Source: a virus. Taken from it: 64,000 nucleotides of DNA. Below the pieces are notes generated by a model, which did no database searches, was not told the DNA's origin, and saw nothing but the letters and a program-made list of their open reading frames with translations. Within the stretch, counting starts at the first letter, position 1, and every line of letters begins with the position of its first letter. The position numbers and the translations under genes were made by a program. Below are positions 49,792 to 58,794 of the stretch, piece after piece. Location: IMG/VR virus record IMGVR_UViG_3300010391_000273, positions 1 through 64,000 of that record; one strand, 5' to 3'.

Positions 49792-49913
49792 TTGTGGTGT
49801 CCAGACTCCTTAGAGGAAGAGGAGACACTCCTCACTTAAGCGGCTTAGGCTAGCAGGCTGACAGACGCTGGATGAGAGACCCCTTTGGCGTAATAGCACA
49901 CTAGGCACCACAA
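49792..49913 (+). ncRNA. putative structured ncRNA (Y-RNA-like candidate) upstream of TROVE-like/TerD gene
   Basis: 10-bp terminal stem UUGUGGUGUC/GGCACCACAA, inner GAGGAG/CUCCUC hairpin, UCCUUA near 5' stem. Confidence 0.55.
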
Positions 49914-49927
49914 TCAATAAGGTTAGA

Positions 49928-51667
49928 GTGTATATGATGAATCCAACTCTAGCTACGATTGACCTGTTCAATGTGGTAGTTGCCTCTGAGACTGGCTTGA
50001 ACCTAAGCCATGCTCCCTATGGGTTTGTGACCAACTTCCAGCCCACTCAGGAGCAGATTGAGGTTCTGAGGGAACGTTTCAAGGCTCTCTCCATCATCAC
50101 CCTGTTTTCGGTGAGGGAGCGGGAAACCGCAAGCCTTGACCAACTCCTTCTCAAGCAGCTGCTCCACTATGTCGAGGTATATGGGTTGGAGAGCCCAGGA
50201 TTGTTCAATCTTGAGGTGATAGGTGGGAGGGTTCAGACCATCTCCTATGTCAAAGCCATCTCGATAGGTGAGCTAGACAAAAAGATAACTGAACTACTCT
50301 ATGCCAATCGCCCCATAGATGATATCGCCCCTGTGCTTGAGATCATCTCACACTACAAGATCCTCTATGACTTTAACAAGATCAAGAATAACGAGCTAAA
50401 GGTCGCTCTCTTTGATATCTGTAGGGATACATTTGTATCTGGAGATGATGCAGTTCGTTATATCTGCTACAAAGCTACTAAGAGTACACTCCTTATCAAG
50501 AGCAAAGATGTCATTCAAAAGGTAGCAGTCAGTCAGCCTTCTGATGAGTTTCTATCCAAGCATGTAAAGCCATTAGCGCAGGTATTCAATCGACATAAGA
50601 GGATCATCCTCGCCTGTAAGAACAAGCTGAATCGTGGAGTGATTAACCGGATCTCAAAGCTGAGTAAAAAGGCTCATGTTCCTATTCATGAGGCAGTTTC
50701 CAAGAGATTCATCTCATCAGCAGTTAACGGAAAGGTTCCAACCAATCTTCTCGATACTGAGGCCATCACCCTTCGTGACAAGCTAAAGTATCTAAACTTG
50801 ATCGAGTATAGGCTCCTTGAGCTCCCCTTTGATACGTTCCTGATCAGGAATGGAAAGGTGTGGGCTGAGACAGAGCGAGCCATTCTCGATCCATCTAAGT
50901 TGACCACTCTTCGGGAACTTATTCTCAAGTCAATTTGCAAAGATTTGAGTGAACTGAGGGGTAAGTCCATCCTCCTCGATCCTGCCGTTGATTATGGCTT
51001 GCCTACCTCCCGGAAACAAGTTGTAGGACGACTTCCCTTCGGGACACGGGTTGAGGTTGATCCTCATGATGAGGTACTTTCAGCTGGAATCTACTGGCAT
51101 AACGACTCATGGGAGGGTCAATCAATCGATCTAGACCTCTCCGCCATAAGCTCAAGTGGTGGTCGTACTGGGTGGGGACATTACTCAAGCTTCACATCTA
51201 AAGATATCGTGTTCTCTGGAGACATCACGAGTGCTCCTGAGGGCGCTATGGAATTCATGATGGTTCATCCAAATGAGACCAATCGCTATGGTCTCATGGT
51301 GAATGTCTACAAGGGTCCAGATGAGTGTCCTATGGAGATTGTGGTGGGATCTTCTAACAAAAAGGATTGGCTTGATCTTGCTATCATTCGTGAGAAGATT
51401 GTTCTCAAGTCTAAGCAGAGCATCATTGGCTTCCTAAAGGACGATACCTTTGTCGTGTACACTGGGAGACTCAGCAATTCAAGGGTCTCGGCTGGAAAGC
51501 ATCCAGTTATCGACAAGGGCTTAGGCAATCTGTGGACGATCAAGACACTTTTGGATGAGTGTAAGGTCAAGTATGATTTTGTTCCCAAGGCGGGATTAGT
51601 CTACGACTTCGATCTGACCTATCAAAACTTCTCGCTTGACAAGCTAGAAATCCTCTTGGGCGTCTAA
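49928..51667 (+). CDS. ROT/TROVE-like helical domain fused to C-terminal TerD-like domain
   Basis: QLLHY, F.S.DD..RY, FNRHK, INRISKLSKKAH.P; AGIYW...IDLDLSA...FSGDITSAPEGAMEF. Confidence 0.72.
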   Translation: MYMMNPTLATIDLFNVVVASETGLNLSHAPYGFVTNFQPTQEQIEVLRERFKALSIITLFSVRERETASLDQLLLKQLLHYVEVYGLESPGLFNLEVIGGRVQTISYVKAISIGELDKKITELLYANRPIDDIAPVLEIISHYKILYDFNKIKNNELKVALFDICRDTFVSGDDAVRYICYKATKSTLLIKSKDVIQKVAVSQPSDEFLSKHVKPLAQVFNRHKRIILACKNKLNRGVINRISKLSKKAHVPIHEAVSKRFISSAVNGKVPTNLLDTEAITLRDKLKYLNLIEYRLLELPFDTFLIRNGKVWAETERAILDPSKLTTLRELILKSICKDLSELRGKSILLDPAVDYGLPTSRKQVVGRLPFGTRVEVDPHDEVLSAGIYWHNDSWEGQSIDLDLSAISSSGGRTGWGHYSSFTSKDIVFSGDITSAPEGAMEFMMVHPNETNRYGLMVNVYKGPDECPMEIVVGSSNKKDWLDLAIIREKIVLKSKQSIIGFLKDDTFVVYTGRLSNSRVSAGKHPVIDKGLGNLWTIKTLLDECKVKYDFVPKAGLVYDFDLTYQNFSLDKLEILLGV

Positions 51668-51676
51668 TTAGCTCTT

Positions 51677-51859
51677 GAAGCCAATAGAGTTCCTTAAAAT
51701 TTAATGCAAATTACTCTACGCTTCTAATTAAAAATATGGTTTAACTGGTCTGTATGAGCAAATAGGGTTCCTTAAACTTGGTTATTACCCTACGCCCTTA
51801 ACCTTTTCTCGACAAACAGAGTTCCTTAAAATTTTATACAAATTACTCTGCGTCGGGAA
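51677..51859 (+). repeat. array of three covarying hairpin RNA units (51677-51724, 51756-51797, 51806-51859)
   Basis: stem-MAA-YAGRGU-UCCUUAAA..AUU-ACYCUR-C-stem' with compensatory changes. Confidence 0.85.
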
Positions 51860-51904
51860 TCTCTACTAGGCCTATTAGAATAACTCGTCAGATAGGAGCC
51901 GCCC

Positions 51905-52429
51905 TTGTTTATTTGTGATGTATGTTCGAAGCCTGTCGGCCCTGGGGTCAAGCCCCTTATGCTCATCCTTCCGACTGATATGAGGCAGACTTCCTATCAT
52001 AATGTGATAGTCGATCCCGAGACTGAGGAGAAGTTTACCAAGGTCTCAAGTGGAAGTGAGTTCATCATCGAGTATAAAACGTGTGGTGCGTGTGCTGGAG
52101 TGGAAGCGAAGATTCCAACCAAGCCCAACCATACAGGCCACATCAACATCATGAGAGGTATGCAAGCTCATGCTAAGCTGTGTAAGAAGAAGTTTGACGA
52201 GTGTGGTCATTGTCAGGAGAATGTGGAGTTTTTCAAGTCGATTCCACTCGTGACCATAAATTTGGGTCTAACCGATCCTATGACAAAGCCTATGAAGGTT
52301 AGCATGGCCTACACAGTCGTGGAGAACATGCTCAGAAGGTCTAAGCACACCTCCATGCGGTCCAAGGCAGACTTTAACGTATCTTACCCCATTCTCAAAC
52401 AGTATGAGGAACGTGGAGGAAGTCTCTAA
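51905..52429 (+). CDS. Zn-binding hypothetical protein
   Basis: AGGAG RBS; CDVC, CGAC, H..LC...CGHC. Confidence 0.6.
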   Translation: MFICDVCSKPVGPGVKPLMLILPTDMRQTSYHNVIVDPETEEKFTKVSSGSEFIIEYKTCGACAGVEAKIPTKPNHTGHINIMRGMQAHAKLCKKKFDECGHCQENVEFFKSIPLVTINLGLTDPMTKPMKVSMAYTVVENMLRRSKHTSMRSKADFNVSYPILKQYEERGGSL

Positions 52430-52432
52430 AAT

Positions 52433-52503
52433 TTCGGGGATAGGATGACGTGTTATCCAACAGGTCGCAACTGTTAGGCCGGTTTCACACCCGGCTCCCC
52501 GAA
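52433..52503 (+). ncRNA. tRNA-like element copy 2
   Basis: UUCGGGGA/UCCCCGAA; D arm identical to copy 1; AACAG-GUCGCAA-CUGUU; GCCGG/CCGGC. Confidence 0.7.
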
Positions 52504-52599
52504 CAATAAGTCCGGTCAATATGCAATTTGGAACACGGGGCCACAAACGTTGAGTCCCATCACCTGTGTGTTTAAACCGTTGGTGCATCAGGAGTTACA

Positions 52600-52884
52600 A
52601 TGTTTACCTTGAAACCGAGCGACCTGTCTATCCTTTCAGAAATCAACGAGCTTTCTCATAGATATGGCGACATTTCTGGGGCGTACCTATTCAAATTAGG
52701 AGAGACGTTTCAATGGATGCCCCTCAAAGACTATCAAAGACGAATAATCAGGCTTGTAGACAACAAATACATCGATATTAAAGGCAACTTAGCCTTCCTA
52801 ACACCTCTTGGGACACGTGCCGTAGGGGGTGTCCTAACGAGGTCGGATGTAGTTGGAGTAGAGACAGAAGCCGAGCAGGCATAG
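52600..52884 (+). CDS. winged-helix-like protein
   Basis: IIRLVDNKYI...LTPLG. Confidence 0.55.
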   Translation: MFTLKPSDLSILSEINELSHRYGDISGAYLFKLGETFQWMPLKDYQRRIIRLVDNKYIDIKGNLAFLTPLGTRAVGGVLTRSDVVGVETEAEQA

Positions 52885-53088
52885 GCTGCTACTTTTTTAC
52901 CATTTTCCATTGTCCAGCTCATTAGAGGTTCAACCTGTAGCCTATGGTTTCGTCGTTTGACTATACCTAATTTTGAGTGGTCCTTTAGGTTTAGTTATGT
53001 TTATCTTTCCACTACTCCTCGTTTTATGTGCTGTTTGGGGTTTTGGAATTTAGGAAACTTGGAAAAGCTATGCAAAATTATTGTAATC

Positions 53089-53316
53089 ATGACTAATCCC
53101 ATTCAAAGGATGAGAGAGCGTGTTTGGAACTACATGAACGAAGACTATGATATTGACGACTCTTATGCTGTCGATATCATGGAAGACTTCTTGAAGATGT
53201 TAGGGACAACGCTACCACACTCAGAGAACGATTTTAATAGAGCCTCCATTTTAGACGATCCTAAGATGGAGGAGTTCCTACTCAATGTCGAGATGAACTT
53301 GAGTGGTGGCGGTTAG
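53089..53316 (+). CDS. small acidic protein
   Basis: 3' part of ORF 52957..53316 from ATG 53089. Confidence 0.5.
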   Translation: MTNPIQRMRERVWNYMNEDYDIDDSYAVDIMEDFLKMLGTTLPHSENDFNRASILDDPKMEEFLLNVEMNLSGGG

Positions 53317-53353
53317 AGGTTAATCATGCATGATCGTAAGCGGGGTGTAAGTT

Positions 53354-54232
53354 ATGAAGAAGATCATCATGGTAACCCTAGGCATGTTGAGTGCTGGCCT
53401 TCTGTGTGCCCAAACGGGGAAACTGTATATTGGTCCAGAGAACCCCACAGATACCCGGTGGGCTACTAAAGCAGACTTTGATGGCTCCATTATCTTTTGC
53501 CGTGGGTTCTATACGAGTGATCGACAAGAGGCTAATGGGGGTGGATGGTGGACCGATTACCCAGGCGGTGATAACAATTTCCTTGTGAGACTCTCTGAGT
53601 TGACGGAGACTCGGGTAAGGTTCTCCAAGGATCGAATTCCCTTCTTTGTAGTTGTGCATCTGGACGATCCGCTTCTGTTCAAATGTCCGATCCTGTTTAT
53701 GGAGGATGTAGGGACAGTACGATTCACCGATCGGCAAGTGGAGATGCTCACACGATATTTTGCTCAAGGTGGCTTCTTGTGGGTTGATGACTTCTGGGGC
53801 TCACAAGCTTGGGAGCAGTGGGAGTATGAGATTCGACGGGTCTTACCATCGGGAACCCATCCGATGTTTGACATCCCTACCGACCACCCGATTATGCACA
53901 TGCTGTATGAGGTGCCAAAGATTCATCAGCAGCCCACAATTGGGTTATGGAACACAAGTTGCTCGGGCGATGAGTTTGACTCTGACGCCACAGTCATTCC
54001 ATGCCTTGATCAACGCTGGCCCACCTCCGAACGTGGGGCCGACAGCGCAGAAGTCCACTTTAGAGGCATTCAAGATGAGAATGGCCACCTCCAAGTCGTC
54101 ATGACACATAACACAGACATCGCGGATGGCTGGGAAGAGGAAAAGCCCAATAACATGGCCTACATCCATGAGTTTTCCGCTAAGTGCTACGCGATTGGCG
54201 TCAACATCTTTTTATATGCGCTTACCCATTAA
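53354..54232 (+). CDS. DUF4159-family exported protein
   Basis: WWTDYP, GGFLWVDDFWG, HNTDIADGWE, IGVN...YALTH; signal peptide. Confidence 0.85.
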   Translation: MKKIIMVTLGMLSAGLLCAQTGKLYIGPENPTDTRWATKADFDGSIIFCRGFYTSDRQEANGGGWWTDYPGGDNNFLVRLSELTETRVRFSKDRIPFFVVVHLDDPLLFKCPILFMEDVGTVRFTDRQVEMLTRYFAQGGFLWVDDFWGSQAWEQWEYEIRRVLPSGTHPMFDIPTDHPIMHMLYEVPKIHQQPTIGLWNTSCSGDEFDSDATVIPCLDQRWPTSERGADSAEVHFRGIQDENGHLQVVMTHNTDIADGWEEEKPNNMAYIHEFSAKCYAIGVNIFLYALTH

Positions 54233-54425
54233 CAACCGTTTTAGAGGTCTAAATTGAAAGCTACCGAAAAGCGCAAGATTATTCGGCTGCGTTGGGCACA
54301 GAAGATGAAAGAGGGTGACACGAACGATGCTTCAAGTGGCAATTGGGGCAAGGCCGCCAACGCCACCACTGAACACCACAATACTTGGGGATCTAGCCAC
54401 GGAAGATAGTTACTGAGGTCATCTC

Positions 54426-54833
54426 ATGTTATTCCTGGTCTTACAACTTTGGACTTCCCTAATGAGTCCCTACGATCGTCAGCATGAGGTAAAGCTCTTC
54501 GGGAATTGGCAAAGTTGTTTGCAGGATGATAACACGTATGGTGAGAGGATTTATGATCATGTAGTTGGTAGTAAGTTCCTTTGGACCTTTCATATGGGAC
54601 CCATGGATGAGCTTGCCTTTTATAGTGGGTCTGGTCCCGAAGATGATCTCCATGATCATGATAATACACTAAACTTGCTCATGCCTGCCTATAGAGTATT
54701 TAGCGTCTCAACTTGGAAAGGCAAGCGTAATTGGTCTATCCCATCTTTTAAGCTTCATATCAGCGTGGTAAGTGCAGGCGGGAGCCGAGATGAGTGTGAG
54801 AGCTTCATTGTTAAGATCGAGGGGACACGATGA
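54426..54833 (+). CDS. exported hypothetical protein
   Basis: Hydrophobic N-terminus, beta-rich body. Confidence 0.5.
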   Translation: MLFLVLQLWTSLMSPYDRQHEVKLFGNWQSCLQDDNTYGERIYDHVVGSKFLWTFHMGPMDELAFYSGSGPEDDLHDHDNTLNLLMPAYRVFSVSTWKGKRNWSIPSFKLHISVVSAGGSRDECESFIVKIEGTR

Positions 54834-55036
54834 TCATAACCTACATTACCATCCTTGCCGTGAGCTTTCTAGTAGGCTTTATATTTACCTTTATTAATCG
54901 TAAAGGATTAAGCATGAAACTTCCCCCCTATTGGGATGCCAAAACTATCTTAACCTTTGAACTTGTCATGGTTGGTTTAATCTCATCCCTTTTTGTGTGG
55001 TTGATTACTAATACATACAATACTAGTGCATACTAG
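54830..55036 (+). CDS. small two-TM membrane protein
   Basis: Two hydrophobic segments. Confidence 0.5.
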   Translation: MIITYITILAVSFLVGFIFTFINRKGLSMKLPPYWDAKTILTFELVMVGLISSLFVWLITNTYNTSAY

Positions 55037-55059
55037 GATTATATGGTGGCGGGAGTCTT

Positions 55060-55848
55060 ATGTTAAAAGGTAAAGAGTGGTATGACGATCATCTGAAGAG
55101 TTTCGTTATACCTGTCTTAGGTAAGATTCCAAAGCTTCTTAACAATAACTATCTTACAACTAATCAATCTCTAAAAATGTTAAAGGTTGAGGTTAATCTT
55201 AAGGCTCTTCTAGAGTTGTGGGCCGAAGCTAAAAAGAGAGCCCAAGGTAGGATTATCCTCCTACCTGGGAGAGATGTATGGCTATTCGAAGTTTTAGCCA
55301 GGCTTGATGGTACGAAGACCATCTTTAGACCTGAGATTTCTTCAGACACTTGGAAATGGGTAGCGGCACATGATCCTGAGAGGGAACTCTTTAAGAATTG
55401 TTATTGTGTAGACTCAGGAAATGCTGGGTCCATCCCTAAAGGATTGAGTTGTGTTGATTGGGGCTTGGTTTACTACTCTATGGGTCATCATCCACTCCAC
55501 CAACTGATTCAATTTAACCCTAATTTTAAAGGTCCCTACTACGATTGCTATTGCATCTTGGAGAGTATCCCAAAGTATTGGGTGAGAGGTGCTTTAACTA
55601 CTGGTCCTTACAATGTTCAGAAGATTGCTCCGACTAGTTTGAATGGTATTGGTACCTTTACGGTTGCTGTTTTAGGTACGATGCTTGTAGCAAACTATTG
55701 GTTCAAAGTTAATGAGACTAAGGTAGCTTCACGTATAAGGTTAACAGGACTAAGATTGAAAAGGCTTAAGCCTAGAATCCTCAAGAGACCTAGAATAAGG
55801 TATGTGGATGGTCATTCTATCCCGACTAAGTTAAAAAGGATAAGATAA
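55060..55848 (+). CDS. hypothetical protein with PRTase-like motifs
   Basis: LPGRD and VDSGNAGSI resemble the xRD / VDxGxxGSI motif pair. Confidence 0.45.
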   Translation: MLKGKEWYDDHLKSFVIPVLGKIPKLLNNNYLTTNQSLKMLKVEVNLKALLELWAEAKKRAQGRIILLPGRDVWLFEVLARLDGTKTIFRPEISSDTWKWVAAHDPERELFKNCYCVDSGNAGSIPKGLSCVDWGLVYYSMGHHPLHQLIQFNPNFKGPYYDCYCILESIPKYWVRGALTTGPYNVQKIAPTSLNGIGTFTVAVLGTMLVANYWFKVNETKVASRIRLTGLRLKRLKPRILKRPRIRYVDGHSIPTKLKRIR

Positions 55849-55876
55849 CAAACTTTCCATTCTAAATAGGAACTAA

Positions 55877-56620
55877 ATGAGTTTACCTAAGGTAGTTACG
55901 TTTACGGGGGCCGACGATTCAGTCAAGGCCAAAGACATCCTAAAAGTTTCTAAGGCCTATCCTGATACCGAATGGGGAATCTTATTTGGTGGACCAACAA
56001 ACGGAGCCCCCAGATATCCTTCTAGGCTATGGCTGGCTAGTGAGCTTCCTAAGTTAAAGGGACTCAATCTCACAGCTCATTTGTGTGGGAACTGGGTGTA
56101 TGACCTGGTTCTTAGAGGTGATTTCACATGGCTTTATGCCTTTAGTGGGATTACCACACTATTCCAGCGGATTCAACTGAACTTCCATGGCATGGAGTTC
56201 CCGCCTGCTGCGAGGAGTTTCCACCCTAGAATCCAAGATGAACCATTTCAGTTCATCTTTCAAGACGATGAAGTCAATGGTCATCTCATGCAACATGGTA
56301 CTATTAATGAGGTAAGGTTGTTTGATGTGTCACACGGGGCTGGAGTCCTTCCAGGTGAAGAGGGTGAAACTAATCCATGGCCTAAGCGTACCAAGTATGA
56401 ATACATGGGCTATGCTGGTGGCTTAGGTCCTGATAACATTGTAGAGCAACTTAAACTGATTACAGAGTCGGCTAATCCGGCATCGTATGGGAACTTTTGG
56501 ATCGACATGGAATCAAAAGTTAGAAGCAAGGTTCCTGTTGTGGATGGGCTTATTAATCAGGTTGAAGACATCTTCGACCTAAAGAAGGTTAGACAAGTCT
56601 GTAAGAAGGTGTGGGGCTAA
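55877..56620 (+). CDS. TrpF-like (PRAI-like) TIM-barrel protein
   Basis: TFTGAD, EWGIL, AHLCG, RIQLNF, LFD.S.G.G, GYAGGLGPDN, WIDMES.VR. Confidence 0.75.
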   Translation: MSLPKVVTFTGADDSVKAKDILKVSKAYPDTEWGILFGGPTNGAPRYPSRLWLASELPKLKGLNLTAHLCGNWVYDLVLRGDFTWLYAFSGITTLFQRIQLNFHGMEFPPAARSFHPRIQDEPFQFIFQDDEVNGHLMQHGTINEVRLFDVSHGAGVLPGEEGETNPWPKRTKYEYMGYAGGLGPDNIVEQLKLITESANPASYGNFWIDMESKVRSKVPVVDGLINQVEDIFDLKKVRQVCKKVWG

Positions 56621-56980
56621 TTGTCAGCCTTACTAAAAGCCTTAGCATTCAGATGGTGTCGGGATTATGGGGACAGGACCCATAAAGACTTCCACTATAA
56701 GGGAGGCGAATGTCAAAACATCTTCAATCTGTTTTGCCCCAATTGTAATGATGGCTATAACTTTGCAAAAGATGTGATCGAGTGTGTTAAAAAGAGGTTA
56801 GCATAATGAATGCAAAACGTAGTAATAAAATCATTCTCACTCTAACCCAGAGTGAGGCTGATAAAATCGTGGAAGAACTTAGTGACTTTGGCTTCGATGC
56901 CGATGACATGTCTGGGAAGAAGCAGCCCAACCAGAAGTGGCCTACTTTATTTGAGCTATATGAGGAGTTAGGTTACTAAG

Positions 56981-57427
56981 ATGAGACTTGAACCAACAAA
57001 CTCAGGCTCACTACGCTGGTTCATTTTGGAAGATGAGGCTTATACTGATGCGGGCTATGACAACCCACCTAGATCAACTCTCTTAAAGATTCTAGGACGC
57101 CATAATCTAACAGTCGCACTCAGTTCTGATGAGGCTAAGCTTAAATTTGATCCTAGAGCTTGTTATACGCACATGATCATCGATTTTGATATGCACGGGT
57201 TCCCCAATCCCGATTTGACCTTTCCTAACACTGGATTAAACTTCATTCAGTGGATGGTAGCTAGACATAAGCTTCTAATTCCAACCCCAGAGATTTTCCT
57301 CCATTCTCAAAACGTTAGAGGCCGAGAAGCTATGGCTAAACTTCTAAAGGTCTCAGGTTATAAGAAGGTAAGTCAACACTACTTTGGTAGAGACTATTTG
57401 GCGATGTTGAGTGAGAGGTTCCTATGA
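56981..57427 (+). CDS. cyclic-phosphate-processing receiver-like domain protein
   Basis: ILED, IDFDM, TG..FIQW, HSQN..G...M. Confidence 0.6.
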   Translation: MRLEPTNSGSLRWFILEDEAYTDAGYDNPPRSTLLKILGRHNLTVALSSDEAKLKFDPRACYTHMIIDFDMHGFPNPDLTFPNTGLNFIQWMVARHKLLIPTPEIFLHSQNVRGREAMAKLLKVSGYKKVSQHYFGRDYLAMLSERFL

Positions 57428-57557
57428 AGTTCCTTTGTAGACTCTTCGGGCATAAGCGGCCCAAGTTCAAGCTTCGGCGAGGTTTCCATTGTCGTCGATG
57501 TATGACTTGGGTAAATATCCTTCCTCCTAAGTATGATCGTAAGGATGGCGAGAGCTT

Positions 57558-57773
57558 ATGAAAGACCCCCTTTGTGAAGGTGGAGAGGCTGAAATCTTCA
57601 AGGGCTTCATTCATCTGGGCCTATTCGGGCTCGGTGTGACCTGTGCGGCCTATAATGCGATGGCTTGGAGTCAACGCCGCGAGAACCACTTGCTAAAGAA
57701 CGTGATCGTCTACGGCGCCCTCGCATGGTATGAGGGAGTACAGATCTCCCGACATCTCATAGGGACTAAGTGA
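57558..57773 (+). CDS. small membrane protein
   Basis: AAYNA.AW..RRE.HL..N..VY pattern, hydrophobic. Confidence 0.55.
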   Translation: MKDPLCEGGEAEIFKGFIHLGLFGLGVTCAAYNAMAWSQRRENHLLKNVIVYGALAWYEGVQISRHLIGTK

Positions 57774-57979
57774 TGTGGAATAAACTTAAGTGCCTACTTG
57801 GCTTTCATGACTATGTTCCAAGTTTAAATGCCAAGTATGACTATTGCACTCGTTGCCCCAAATACATTAAGGTAGTTTAAAATGAACGAAACTATTGTGC
57901 CCCTGCTCGGTTGGATACCTATCATCTATTGCGTAGTGATGTTGGGGATTCACGCAGGCAAACCAAGTGGCGGTTTTCG

Positions 57980-58321
57980 ATGAAATTCCTAATCCTACTT
58001 TTGCTCACTCTTACTCCACTTGAGGCGAAGGAATTGAAGATTAGTGTGAAGGTGACACCCACGATCTGTCTGGCTCCCTGCACGGTGCGGGTCGAGTTGG
58101 TGATTCCTCAACAAGAAGACAACCGATGGGCTGTTGTTGAAGTGAGTGGAGATATGTTTCGCTCCACACAAGTTCAGCTTGATGGACTCTCTGCCCCAAA
58201 ACGCTTCACCTTCACCTACAAAGATCTTCCTGAAGACAACTACGACGTTAAGGGTATGTTATACAATAGCGTCCGAGAAATTGGTCGCTCACAGCAAACC
58301 CTAATTGTCAAAGGCTTTTAA
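57980..58321 (+). CDS. secreted Ig/PKD-like protein
   Basis: MKFLILLLL signal; VTP....APCTV; FTY..LP...Y.V. Confidence 0.55.
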   Translation: MKFLILLLLTLTPLEAKELKISVKVTPTICLAPCTVRVELVIPQQEDNRWAVVEVSGDMFRSTQVQLDGLSAPKRFTFTYKDLPEDNYDVKGMLYNSVREIGRSQQTLIVKGF

Positions 58322-58341
58322 GCTATAGATGATTATAAAAA

Positions 58342-58614
58342 ATGTCTAAAGGCCGGAGAAGTTACAGGCATCTTAGTGAAAAATGGGTTGCAATCTTAAG
58401 AAAAGACCCTTGCTCATTTTGTGGAGTGAGAGCCTCTATCACGATTGACCACATTTTCCCTTTGAGCAAGTTTAATGAACTTAAGACTTATTCTACGTTT
58501 GGTCCCAATAATTGGGAGAACCTTACTGGAGTCTGTTGGGATTGCAATGAATTTAAAGGAACAACTAAATTGTTAAGATTCCTTGTGGAGGCTCATGAAA
58601 ATCTACTTCATTAA
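58342..58614 (+). CDS. HNH endonuclease
   Basis: CSFCG...TIDHIFP...NWENL...CWDCN..KG. Confidence 0.85.
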   Translation: MSKGRRSYRHLSEKWVAILRKDPCSFCGVRASITIDHIFPLSKFNELKTYSTFGPNNWENLTGVCWDCNEFKGTTKLLRFLVEAHENLLH

Positions 58615-58794
58615 ACATGAGACTGATTATGGTCCCTTCTTTTCCTCTAGAGCGAAAGCCCTAGACTATCTCAAAGAAGATTCTGAGTGGTGGAAGGTAT
58701 GGGGAGCTGGGATAGAGACTGATAAAGACGCCTATATAACAGTTCAAGAAGTCGAACTCGATGATGAAAATGTTAGATTTGATGGTTAATCTTT

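Noticed and set aside
49792-49913. Minimal RNase P RNA or hammerhead identity for this RNA
   Set aside because: Fragments such as GAGGAA and GGCUUA are not in the required order or pairing; no CUGANGA/GAAA core
51677-51859. Possible mini CRISPR array
   Set aside because: Units are diverged, covarying hairpins with the variable part inside the loop; no identical repeats or cas genes
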